The translations under genes and the position numbers were made by a program. The notes beneath the pieces are model-generated. The model was not told the origin of the DNA. It saw only the letters and a list, made by a program, of their open reading frames with translations, and did no database searches. From Methanomicrobiales archaeon (GTDB lineage Archaea > Halobacteriota > Methanomicrobia > Methanomicrobiales > JACTUA01): a stretch of DNA of 64,000 nt. Location of the stretch: positions 6,207 to 70,206 of the forward strand of contig JASEFH010000008.1 in the NCBI GenBank assembly GCA_030019205.1, read 5' to 3'. This document shows positions 30,400-39,482 of this stretch, piece by piece (positions within the stretch are counted from its first letter, which is position 1; every line of letters begins with the position of its first letter).

Positions 30400-31329
30400 A
30401 TGACTGCGAAAGACGCCATCGCACTCCTCCTGCGTGTGCTCGGCGGTTATCCCGACGTGCAGCAGAAGGATCTGGATGCCCTGAAAGCGTATCCGGAGAC
30501 GAAGGGTATCGCCGAGGCCCTCTCGAGCGGGAACGCAGAGGATCTTACCGCCGGAGACTTCGAGCGGGTGGCAGATGACGGGACCTTTCTGTTCACCGTC
30601 GGGGCTGCCATCCTGAACTACGGGATCGAGCGCAGGAACAGGCCTTTCCTCGAACTCGGCACCGATCTCCTGGCGAGGAGCCGGGAGCATCTGGAGCCCG
30701 GTCTCGAGTACGCACGTTCGCTGGCGGCGGAGGGGAGCGGGCGCGTCACCCTCGCTGAGCTCGGGGTGGATCCGCGAAGGAACCTGCTGAGCGCTGCATC
30801 CCTGAACGAAAGGGCGAGAAAGGAGGGATTCCCTGAGAAGACGGAGGAGTACGCGCTGGCGCTGCTGAACGAGGCGATCGTGCGCAACATACTCGCGGAC
30901 ATGGATGTGAACAGCCTGGAGAACTTCAGGTGCGCCGCCGAACTCTCCGAGCGGGCACGGAACGAGGGGCTAATCCAGAATTCGGCTCACTATGCCAGGG
31001 CGCTGATGAACGAGGCGAATGCCCGCCAGATGATCGCGGGCCTCGGATTCGACGAGGAGGCGAACTTCAATCGTGCAGTGGAGCTCTACAGGCGGGCGCG
31101 GGAGGAGGGGCTGCAGCCGGATGCACCGGAGTATCCGCGGAGCCTGATTGCCGAGGCGGATACGCTCGTACGGATGGCCGATCTGTGCCTGGATCCTGCC
31201 GAGAACATCCGCAGGGCGCAGGAACTCTATCAGGCGGCAGAGAAGCACGAGAGTCTCACTGACGGCGAACGGGCCAAGATCTACCGGATGCTCCAGTTGA
31301 AGGTCCCGGAGGGTGCATCTGCCCGATGA
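30400..31329 (+). CDS. Helical-repeat protein (TPR/Sel1-like degenerate repeats), function unknown
   Basis: 309 aa with about four recurring ~45-aa units: 'NLLSAASLNERARKEGFPEKTEEYALALLNEAIVRNILADMDV', 'NFRCAAELSERARNEGLIQNSAHYARALMNEANARQMIAGLGF', 'NFNRAVELYRRAREEGLQPDAPEYPRSLIAEADTLVRMADLCL', 'NIRRAQELYQAAEK'. Confidence 0.7.
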   Translation: MTAKDAIALLLRVLGGYPDVQQKDLDALKAYPETKGIAEALSSGNAEDLTAGDFERVADDGTFLFTVGAAILNYGIERRNRPFLELGTDLLARSREHLEPGLEYARSLAAEGSGRVTLAELGVDPRRNLLSAASLNERARKEGFPEKTEEYALALLNEAIVRNILADMDVNSLENFRCAAELSERARNEGLIQNSAHYARALMNEANARQMIAGLGFDEEANFNRAVELYRRAREEGLQPDAPEYPRSLIAEADTLVRMADLCLDPAENIRRAQELYQAAEKHESLTDGERAKIYRMLQLKVPEGASAR

Positions 31330-31399
31330 GCCCCTGAGGAGGTGCGCTGTTAACCGGATGCGTGCCGGGGGGAGCAGCCGGGCGCCTCTGGTGATCGGC

Positions 31400-32250
31400 A
31401 GGGGCCGGTGCGGGTTGCTGCCCTTTCACTCTTTTTGAGCGGACATCACGCCCGGTGAGATTGTCCTGCAGCTGCTCGAGATACTCCCGGTTCTTCTGCG
31501 AGAGTGGGGTGTGCCTCTTCGTCCGTACGGATTTTCAAGAGCGATGGGGAGGCGTTTCTGCGTCCAGGTCGCAGAGCGCAGTCTCATTGTGGGCTGGCGA
31601 ACGGATTGGCACGATATCCCGGGACAGGTCATGGTTGTTCTTCGGAACCCGGGAACCATGGTCTTTCGCTGTCATTTCGGGCGTGGATGCCCCGTGGTCT
31701 TGCAGGGATGGACGCCGGTGCGGTGAGAGCGGATCAGCAGCGGCAGAAAGGTTGACGCGGGGGGTTGCCCCCTGCGATCGGGCCCCGGGATAGCCCATCC
31801 TCTTGCGGCATCACGATGCCGGGGGATTCGAATCCGGGCAAGGGCCTGGCGTGCCACGGGGGGAGGAGGCGTGCTCCCCCAATCGATGCCTTCCCCCGGT
31901 GCGATCGGGCTCGGCACTGCGGAGCAGAAGTTCGACGAATGCCCTGGCTGAGCCCGGATCAGCTCCTCCCGGGAGCGTTAAGAGCGTATCGAGCAGACAG
32001 AGGAGACGGGGATGATCGCCGTCCGATCCGGGGACATCCATTCCCCTCGATTTTTCCAGTAATGGAATGCGACAGGATGGCGAGGCAAGGGGATTGACAC
32101 CTCCTGGGGTTCGAGCGAGCCGCTACCAGCACGGCGGCAGGAGCGATGGACCCCTTTCGCTGTCGGCTGTAAAACGGTTTTTGCCTGCAGAACTCCGCAC
32201 GGACCCCGGACAAGCCTGCAAGAAACCACGAATGGAAAGATAGATGGTCA
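31400..32250 (-). pseudogene. Possible decayed tyrosine recombinase/integrase next to tRNA-Arg
   Basis: Fragments stitched across three frames: 'RLLCLLDTLLTLPG' then 'EELIRAQ' (compare TGLRxsEL), 'NNHDLSRDIVPIRSPAHNETALCDL' (compare HDLRHTfat..GH), and 'KRHTPLSQKNREYLEQL' (compare rYtHLs..). No intact ORF. The match is weak and made by eye. Confidence 0.3.
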
Positions 32251-32261
32251 GGATCTCTCAG

Positions 32262-32333
32262 CGCCCCGGCCGGGACTTGAACCCGGGTCGAAAGCTCCGG
32301 AGGCTTCCAGGATATCCACTACCCTACCGGGAC
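32262..32333 (-). tRNA. tRNA-Arg (anticodon CCG)
   Basis: Folded by hand. Acceptor GTCCCGG/CCGGGGC (one G-U pair). D arm GGGT-AGTGGATA-TCCT. Anticodon stem GAAGC/GCTTT with loop CTCCGGA. T arm CCGGG-TTCAAGT-CCCGG. Discriminator G. No encoded CCA. Confidence 0.85.
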
Positions 32334-32389
32334 TCCTAATAATTTGACGGGGGGGATAAAAATACTACCGATGCCCGGATCTCGGGCAT

Positions 32390-33418
32390 TCACCCATGCT
32401 TGACTCGATACGTATGCCAGATCCGGCAGGCGCCTTCGTGGCTCACCATGCAGGGCCCGACGGGCGTATGCGGTGTGCAGACCTTCGAGAAGAGCCTGCA
32501 GTCCGTGGGCTGATTGACGCCCCGCAGCACACGATCGCAGAGGCATGCCGAGTGCTTCTCCACGTTTCTGATCTCCAGCTCGAACCTCTTCAATGCGTCG
32601 TATTCCGAGAACTCGTCCCTGAGCCGCAGTCCGGATCGGGGTATCACCGGAAATCCCCGCCACTCCACATCAAAGGGTTCGAAGACACGGTACATCATCT
32701 CCTTTGCCTTCCGGTTCCCCTCCCTCGTGACCGCGCGCGGATAGGCGTTCTCCACCCGGTGCTCTCCGCTCCCGACCTGCCGTGCGAGCATCAGGAGTCC
32801 GAGAAGGATGTCCTCCGGCTCGAATCCTGCCACCACCTGCGGGACGGGGAACTTCTCGTACTCCTGGTAGCCCATGACCGTGCAGACATGGCCGGGCAGG
32901 AGGAACCCGTCGAGCTTCGCCTCCCCTTGCTCCAGCAGCCACTGCATCGCCGGCGGGACGAGGCGGTGGCAGCTCAGGATGCTGAAGTTACGCGGGGGGC
33001 GGGCAAGAAGCGCTGCCGCCACAGTCGGGGCCGTTGTCTCGAAACCGACCGATATAAACGCAACCTCCCTCTCTTCGCGGAGGGCGATATCCACGGCCCT
33101 GTGGATGCCCTGCACCACCCGCACATCGCCCCCGCACGACTCCAGAGATCCTTTCGAACCCGGAACGCGGAGGAGATCCCCGTACGTCGCCACGATGGCG
33201 CCCTTCTCGACCAGTTCCAGGGCGGCATCGATCTCCCCCTGCGGCGTGATGCAGACCGGGCAGCCCGGCCCCATCACGATCTTCAGCTGCGGGGGGAGGA
33301 TGCTCCGTATGCCTGCCCGCGAGATGGATGCCTCGTGGGTCCCGCATATGTGCATGAAAGTGAGATCGTCGGTCACATGCTCCCGGAGCGCCCTCGCGAT
33401 ATCCTGACTGACCGCCAT
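32390..33418 (-). CDS. hypD: [NiFe]-hydrogenase maturation protein HypD
   Basis: 'FMHICGTHE', 'GPGCPVCITPQGEIDAA', 'FETTAP' and 'LLPGHVCTVMG' are HypD hallmarks. ATG 33418 is preceded by GGAG; the tracked ORF extends to a TTG at 33451. Confidence 0.9.
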   Translation of the reverse strand: MAVSQDIARALREHVTDDLTFMHICGTHEASISRAGIRSILPPQLKIVMGPGCPVCITPQGEIDAALELVEKGAIVATYGDLLRVPGSKGSLESCGGDVRVVQGIHRAVDIALREEREVAFISVGFETTAPTVAAALLARPPRNFSILSCHRLVPPAMQWLLEQGEAKLDGFLLPGHVCTVMGYQEYEKFPVPQVVAGFEPEDILLGLLMLARQVGSGEHRVENAYPRAVTREGNRKAKEMMYRVFEPFDVEWRGFPVIPRSGLRLRDEFSEYDALKRFELEIRNVEKHSACLCDRVLRGVNQPTDCRLFSKVCTPHTPVGPCMVSHEGACRIWHTYRVKHG

Positions 33419-33464
33419 AAATCTCCAGTATTCATATGCGCCAAGATGCAATAATTATACCTCT

Positions 33465-34490
33465 ATGGCGGGAGAGATTGCTGCAGTTGCGATAATTCTC
33501 GGAGGAATAGCCGCTGCGATCGTTGTCAATGCGGTATACCGTGTGCTCCAGAAGAGGGCAGACCGCACCGAGTCCAAGATCGACGATATCCTTCTCATCG
33601 CGATCGGGAGGCCTCTGGTCATCCTGGTTCTGGTAGGTTCGGTATATGTCGCGCTTCGATACTTCTACGAACTCCCTCCCCAGTACCGATGGATCCTAGA
33701 CAGCCGGTATATAAATGCATTCTACATCCTCCTGGCGACCTGGATCTTCTCCTCCTTCATGCACAACTTCATCCGCACATACGGGAGGTGGATCTCCCGG
33801 CAGACGGACAGCGATCTGGACGACCGGATCATCGATGTCCTGGAGGTTGCAGCCAAGTACGTCATCTGGTTCATCGGCATCCTTATCGTGCTTGCGTACT
33901 TGGGCATCGAGATCACCCCCCTGCTCGCCGGAGCCGGGGTGCTGGGCCTCGCCGTGGCGCTCGCCGCCCAGGATATCCTCTCCAACTTCTTCGGCGGCGC
34001 AATCATCATGGTCGACAAACCCTTCAAGGTGAACGACCGAATCAAGATAGACGACATCCTGGGGGATGTGGTCCAGATCGGTCCGAGGAGCACCCGGATC
34101 CGTACCCTCGACTACCAGCTCGTGACCATCCCGAACTCCATGCTGACGAACAGCAAGGTGATCAACTACGCCGCACCGGATGCCAAGATGAAGGTCAAGA
34201 TCCCGGTATCGGTCGCGTACGGCACCGATGTGAATCGGGTGAAGGAGATCCTTGTCCGGATCGGAAAGGAGGCTGCTGCCCGTTCAGAGTACGTCCTCGA
34301 CGATCCGGCACCGCAGGTGTACTTCCTGGAGTTCGGCGAGTCCAGCCTGAACTTCATCCTGGTGGTCTGGGAACGGGCGTTCTCGTACTCGTGGGAGACT
34401 CAGGACTATATCAACACCCGGATAAACGAGGTCTTCAAAGAGGAGGGCATCGAGATTCCCTTCAGGCAGATCGACGTCCATATGCGGTAG
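33465..34490 (+). CDS. Small-conductance mechanosensitive channel (MscS family)
   Basis: N-terminal TM helices, then 'LAAQDILSNFFGGAIIMVDKPFKVNDRIKIDDILGDVVQIGPRSTRIRTLDYQLVTIPNS' (MscS beta-domain signature). Confidence 0.9.
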   Translation: MAGEIAAVAIILGGIAAAIVVNAVYRVLQKRADRTESKIDDILLIAIGRPLVILVLVGSVYVALRYFYELPPQYRWILDSRYINAFYILLATWIFSSFMHNFIRTYGRWISRQTDSDLDDRIIDVLEVAAKYVIWFIGILIVLAYLGIEITPLLAGAGVLGLAVALAAQDILSNFFGGAIIMVDKPFKVNDRIKIDDILGDVVQIGPRSTRIRTLDYQLVTIPNSMLTNSKVINYAAPDAKMKVKIPVSVAYGTDVNRVKEILVRIGKEAAARSEYVLDDPAPQVYFLEFGESSLNFILVVWERAFSYSWETQDYINTRINEVFKEEGIEIPFRQIDVHMR

Positions 34491-34704
34491 TCGGATGCCG
34501 GCGGTCAGTCGCCGTGGGAGGCGGTGATCTCATCGACCGTGCCCTGGAGGGGCTGGAAATGGTGGTCCCCCTGCGGGGTGGACAGAGGGAACCGAACGGA
34601 ATGGGCTGCGGATTCAGGGGATGCTTTGAATACCAATGTCAGGGGGGTGACCGCACCCGCCCGGAGGTGGGTTCGAGGGGGAGGGGCGAGTGCCTTTCTG
34701 TATC

Positions 34705-34830
34705 CCCATTTCCTTTTTAGACAATATAGTATTTATATTTATTCATTTTGTAATTTTTCATTTTTTTCATATTATTATTAATGAACGGATATTTTCTATC
34801 TATACGATTTACGAACGAATTTAAGGTTCG
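34705..34830. other. About 125-bp extremely AT-rich island in an otherwise GC-rich intergenic region
   Basis: 'ttcctttttagacaatatagtatttatatttattcattttgtaatttttcatttttttcatattattattaatgaacggatattttctatctatacgatttacgaacgaatttaagg'. It lies about 120 nt upstream of ATG 34947 and 215 nt downstream of the mscS stop. Confidence 0.6.
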
Positions 34831-34946
34831 GTTATGGGGAGTGGATCGACCTCACGGGTTCCCGCGGAAGGTGAGCGGACTGGGAGGGTTCATCAAGGGG
34901 CGAGGAACGGGGTATGTTTTTGTAGGAAGAAGCGGAACTTCTTGTA

Positions 34947-35660
34947 ATGTTTGGCATCTCCACATACTGCCTGCACGAGAGCCCCCTCCCCCTGGCACTC
35001 GATACGCTGGCAGGGATCACGGAGTACGTGGAGATCATGGACGAAGGCTACCACTTCCTGGACTCTTCCGAACTGCTGGAGAAGTACAGTCTGCACTACG
35101 CCATTCACGCCCCCTCGCGGGGTGTGAATATCGCTAGCCTGCTGGAACCGATCCGAAAGGCGAGCCTGGAGGTGATCGTCCAGTGCTTCCGGATTGCCGC
35201 CGATGTGAGTGCCTCCGTTGTGGTGCACCCCGGCTACTTTGCCTGGAGGGAGGAGCGGGATCGGGCGGCGGTCCAGCTGAAGCGATCGCTTGCCGAGCTG
35301 GATGCGGCGGCCGGGGATCTCTCGATCCGGTACTTCGTCGAGAACATGGGCAACTGGGATTACTTCTTCCTGCGGACTCCCGAGGAACTGGAGCTGCTCG
35401 GCGGTGCCGGATTTGCCCTGGACGTCGGGCATGCCCATCTGAACGGATGCCTGCCGGCATTTCTGGCCTTCCCGATCCAGCATTTCCACCTTCACGACAA
35501 TAACGGCCGCGAAGACCAGCACCTGCCCGTGGGGGCAGGCAGTATCGACTTCCGTACTGTGATGGATGCTGTACGGCGGAACAGCGCGGTGCCGATCGTC
35601 GAGGTGTCGACGCTCGAGGGGACGCTCGCGAGCCTCCGGGCCTTGAAAGGCCTGATGTGA
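34947..35660 (+). CDS. Sugar-phosphate isomerase/epimerase (xylose isomerase-like TIM barrel, AP-endonuclease 2 family)
   Basis: 'VVVHPGYF', 'YFVENM', 'FALDVGHAHLNG' and 'HFHLHDNNGREDQHLPVGAGSIDF' match the metal-binding pattern of this TIM-barrel family. Confidence 0.8.
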   Translation: MFGISTYCLHESPLPLALDTLAGITEYVEIMDEGYHFLDSSELLEKYSLHYAIHAPSRGVNIASLLEPIRKASLEVIVQCFRIAADVSASVVVHPGYFAWREERDRAAVQLKRSLAELDAAAGDLSIRYFVENMGNWDYFFLRTPEELELLGGAGFALDVGHAHLNGCLPAFLAFPIQHFHLHDNNGREDQHLPVGAGSIDFRTVMDAVRRNSAVPIVEVSTLEGTLASLRALKGLM

Positions 35661-35805
35661 GCGCGCGGGCTCGATACTTCTCCCCGCCTTCCCTACCTGC
35701 CAGGGACCCGGACTCCAAACATTTTATACCTTCGGGCTCCAACGTAATTGATGCATTGCTGCAGTGACTCGGCCGGTAGAGCCTGTCCTAACAATGCATG
35801 ACCGC

Positions 35806-35900
35806 GCCTTCGTGGCTCAGTCGGTAGAGCGTGTCCTTGGTAATCGTGCGAAAGCAGACCAAAGAGGACAAGGTCCCGGGTTCGATTCCCGGCGAAGGCT
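35806..35900 (+). tRNA. tRNA-Thr (anticodon GGT) with a ~22-nt canonical-position intron
   Basis: Acceptor GCCTTCG/CGAAGGC. D arm GCTC-AGTCGGTA-GAGC. Anticodon stem TGTCC..GGACA. Loop TTGGTA, then the intron 'atcgtgcgaaagcagaccaaag' after position 37. Intron 'ACCAA' can pair with 'TTGGT' (bulge-helix-bulge-type helix). T arm CCGGG-TTCGATT-CCCGG. Discriminator T. Confidence 0.85.
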
Positions 35901-36217
35901 TCGATTCTCCCAATACCCTTTATCGTAATTCTGGCTCTCTGGCGCCAGGGCTGCAGCGGTCCCGGCGATCGCGCCTCCCATCCGCGCACCAATTTTCTTT
36001 GAGCACCCATCTACTGATAGCGAGGCCTCCAGCACCCCGGGCATAGGTATATATCGCATAGAAAGGGCAGCTATCCTTCCTGTCGCACGTAAAGTGTAGG
36101 GTAGAGGAGACATTCTCGGACCTGGCCGGCTTAAGGCCCTTGGAGAAAGCACTCTGCCCCTTGAGACCCTGGATCAAATAGCTGGGATTTATGCAGAATC
36201 TCCCTGACTTTTATTAA

Positions 36218-36862
36218 ATGATTTATCTCGACGAATCGGGCGATTTAGGATTTTCTCCGGGGGGCGTCTCAATACTTTGTTTTAGCTGCCCTGATTCAGC
36301 CGGATTCTATCGAAGTACAACGTTGCTTCAAGAAAGTGCGAAGCCAGGGACTCAAGAAGAGCTATCGCGAGCTACTCGAGCTGAAATACAATAATACGAA
36401 TCCCGCGATCCGGCGCCGGATTCTGGAGCGCCTCGCGTCGTGCGAGATTGGGATAGGGTATGCGGTCCTTGAAAAGAACAGGTACGTGATCAACTCGGGG
36501 CCAAACCCCAGATTCTCTACAACCATATCGCCGGATCCCTCGTATCCCGCATTATCACCCGATACCGCCTCGATGAGGAGATAGAAATCATTGTCGATAA
36601 GTCCCTCTATGGGCTTCAACGAGATGGGTTCGATCGATACCTTGTTTATTCAACTATCGACAGGAATCAGAGCTTCAATCTGGATCCCCCGGAACTCACG
36701 ATACATCATGTGAATTCCCAGCAGTACTGCTGCATACAGGCAGCCGATTTTGTTGCTGGCACGGTTCATGCAGGGTATAGGACCAGTGACTGGACCCACT
36801 ATAACCTGATTGAACACAAGATAGGCGTTGCATTGGATTTATTTGAAGAACGGCAGAAGTAG
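36218..36862 (+). pseudogene. DUF3800-family gene interrupted by two compensating frameshifts
   Basis: Frame A: 'MIYLDESGDLGFSPGG'. Frame B, after the G6 run at 36259-36264: 'ASQYFVLAALIQPD..KYNNTNPAIRRRILERLASCEIGIGYAVLEKNRYVINSG'. Back to frame A near 36497-36509: 'KPQILYNHIAGSLVSRII..IEIIVDKSLYG..HHVNSQQYCCIQAADFVAG..'. Stop at 36860. GC content is low relative to the surroundings. Confidence 0.8.
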
Positions 36863-37446
36863 TATGTGCTTCCTTCCCTACTTAGTCCCACCTACCTCAA
36901 GGTGGCCTCATCCGTTTCGGGAAAGGCTTATGCACTAATACCTATCTGCCTGTCTACCCACTAATAAGGCCATCGCATTCAAGCCAATAGTGTAGGTATT
37001 TTCAAGGGGCTCTCCCGTTACCGGAACTTTCACCCCCTCCATGCCATACACGCATACCGTCTCTTGACGACGATTGCCGCATGAACGATCGAGGATCCCT
37101 TCCAGGACATGCCGCCCGCTGCCGCCGTGCTGGTTCATGCCCTCCACCCGGACCGAGGAGCCCGGCGTCTGGATGTGCGCATGGTGCGACGAGCCGTTCC
37201 ACGAAGATGAGCCGATGGACCGAAGAGGGCGGGCTGGGATTGTATCAACCTGAAGCACTTAGAAAAACCAGACCGATGCTATACCGTCCATATACCGAAA
37301 ATCGCAGGGATTGGGGATCACCGGTCGGCGGGGATCCCTTCATGTTAGGTTCTGCCGAGCCAGCGCCGGCTGCGCGATCTTTTTTCAGCCCTCGATGCGG
37401 ATCCAGTCGTCCTCAAGAGCTGGCCGTTTCGATTCGAAACGCCGCA

Positions 37447-37977
37447 TCAGCGGGGCAGGCCGGCTACATTTCGGAGTGACGAATCGTCTCCCCGTTCCGC
37501 CCGTTTAAGCACGGAAATATGGCCATTCGTCTCGAGTACCACCGCTGCTGCGTCTTTTCGAGAGTCCATGCCTTCCGAGCGAAGTGCCTGGAGGATCTCG
37601 GATTCGTCAATCCGTTCCCGCCGCATCGCATCCCGGAGGAGCTCTCCCTGGTATACGAGGATCCCTGGCTGCGATTTGACGAACTGCGCCGCCATCTTCG
37701 ATCTCGATGAGGACCACGAGACGATGAACTGCAGGCCCAGGAGAACGACAAACGCAATGATGCCTTCCGCAAGCGATATGTCCCTCGAAAGGATGATCGT
37801 CGCAAGGATAGAACCTATGGCGACGTTCACGATGAAATCGAAGGCATTCATCGATGCCAGGGTTCTTTTGCCCGATGCTCTGACCAGAACGACCAGAGCG
37901 ACGTATGCGAGAACCCCGACGATGAGAACGCGGCCGATACTCTCCCAGCCGCTGAAGAAGATCTCGGGAATTTTCAT
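37447..37977 (-). CDS. DUF421 (YetF-like) membrane protein
   Basis: 'GKRTLASMNAFDFIVNVAIGSILA', a TM region, then the soluble 'LLRDAMRRERIDESEILQALRSEGMDS..AVVLETNGHISVL', as in the YetF/DUF421 family. Confidence 0.75.
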   Translation of the reverse strand: MKIPEIFFSGWESIGRVLIVGVLAYVALVVLVRASGKRTLASMNAFDFIVNVAIGSILATIILSRDISLAEGIIAFVVLLGLQFIVSWSSSRSKMAAQFVKSQPGILVYQGELLRDAMRRERIDESEILQALRSEGMDSRKDAAAVVLETNGHISVLKRAERGDDSSLRNVAGLPR

Positions 37978-38220
37978 CCGCCTCCGATCGCCGCAAGAGA
38001 AATGGATCTATTTAATGATTTGTCCGCTGTGCGTGGACGGGTTTGGCCGAGTAACACCTTTTGGGGCGGATTGGATTCCATATCGAGTACCGGCAGCTAT
38101 ACGAATGGGCCTTCCAGACACCAGTGCCTCGACAGTTCCCCGGTGCCATCAACTGCATCCAACCCTAAATGGATTTAATAAGGGGTTACATGCAATCATG
38201 TAACTCGGGAGGGTATCTTC

Positions 38221-39432
38221 ATGGAAGCGGGGTCGGACCAGGAGATCTATGCAGAAGCGCTCGAATTGCACGCACGGCATCAGGGGAAACTGGAGATCCG
38301 CTCCAAGGTCCCGCTGGAGAACCGGAGGGACCTCGCACGCGCCTATACGCCGGGCGTCGCCGAGGTCTGCCGCGCCATACAGAAAGACAGGAACCTGGCA
38401 TACAAGTACACGCTCAAGGGCAACTCCATCGCCATCGTCACCGACGGGACTGCCGTTCTGGGTCTGGGGGATATCGGTGGTTACGCCGCGATTCCGGTGA
38501 TGGAGGGAAAGGCCATACTCTTCAGGAAGTTCGCGGGCATCGACGCCTTCCCCATCTGTTTCGAGAGCCACAACGCGGACTTTGTGGACCAGGTGCGAAA
38601 CATCGCGCCCGTCTTTGGCGGGATCAACCTGGAGGACATCGCTGCTCCCCGATGTTTCGAGGTGGAGGAGGCCCTGCAGGATATCGGCATCCCCGTCATG
38701 CACGACGATCAGCACGGGACGGCGATCGTGGTGCGCGCAGCCCTTCTGAATGCCTGCCGCGTGACGGACAAATCCTACTCCGATCTCACCGTCGTGATCT
38801 CCGGGGCCGGTGCGGCGGGATTTGCTATTGCCCGTCTCCTGGGCTGCATCGGTTACAGCCCGGATGTCTGTTCTCGGGTGCGCGACATCGTCGTCTGCGA
38901 TCGGCAGGGGATCATCCACCGGGGAAGACGAGGGCTCTACAGCAACAAGTACAAGTTCATCCTGGGGGACGAGACCAACCGTTCGGGGCGGAGCGGCACA
39001 CTCGCCGATGCCCTCGAAGGTGCGGATGTGTTCATCGGCGTGTCCGCTCCCGGGCTCGTCACGGAGCGTATGGTCCGCCGCATGCAGGACGATCCGATCG
39101 TCTTTGCCCTGGCAAATCCCATACCGGAGATCCTGCCCGAGGATGCCAGGAGAGGCGGTGCGGCGGTGGTGGGCACCGGACGTAGCGACTATCCGAACCA
39201 GATCAACAATGCGCTCGCTTTCCCGGGGGTGTTCCGGGGGGCCCTGGACGCCTGCGCCACCCGCATCAGCGACGAGATGAAGGTCGCTGCCGCCCATGCT
39301 CTTGCCGATTACGTGGCAGAGCCGCGGCGCGACCATATCCTTCCGGCCATCCTGGATCGGGACGTGACGCGGTCCGTTGCGGTGGCGGTGAAGGCTGCGG
39401 CATTCCGTTCCGGATGCGCACGGGTGCTATGA
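38221..39432 (+). CDS. NAD(P)-dependent malic enzyme (short, prokaryotic type)
   Basis: 'YTPGVAEVCRAI', 'VTDGTAVLGLGDIG', 'PVMEGKAILFKxFAG'-like 'PVMEGKAILFRKFAGIDAFPI', 'FGGINLEDIAAPRCFE', 'VMHDDQHGTAIV' and 'ISGAGAAG'. Confidence 0.9.
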   Translation: MEAGSDQEIYAEALELHARHQGKLEIRSKVPLENRRDLARAYTPGVAEVCRAIQKDRNLAYKYTLKGNSIAIVTDGTAVLGLGDIGGYAAIPVMEGKAILFRKFAGIDAFPICFESHNADFVDQVRNIAPVFGGINLEDIAAPRCFEVEEALQDIGIPVMHDDQHGTAIVVRAALLNACRVTDKSYSDLTVVISGAGAAGFAIARLLGCIGYSPDVCSRVRDIVVCDRQGIIHRGRRGLYSNKYKFILGDETNRSGRSGTLADALEGADVFIGVSAPGLVTERMVRRMQDDPIVFALANPIPEILPEDARRGGAAVVGTGRSDYPNQINNALAFPGVFRGALDACATRISDEMKVAAAHALADYVAEPRRDHILPAILDRDVTRSVAVAVKAAAFRSGCARVL

Positions 39433-39482
39433 CCGTTCTGTAACCGGATATGGCGGGGGTTCGCCGAACCCCCGATCGCGGG

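Noticed and set aside
34705-34830. AT-rich island as a replication origin
   Set aside because: There is no adjacent orc1/cdc6 gene and I see no repeated ORB-like elements flanking the tract. It is kept only as a compositional oddity.
35765-35800. Second tRNA gene or tRNA half upstream of tRNA-Thr (D-arm-like 'CGGTAGAGC')
   Set aside because: No acceptor stem, no T arm, and the would-be anticodon stem has no 3' partner. Only a 16-nt resemblance to the neighbouring tRNA.
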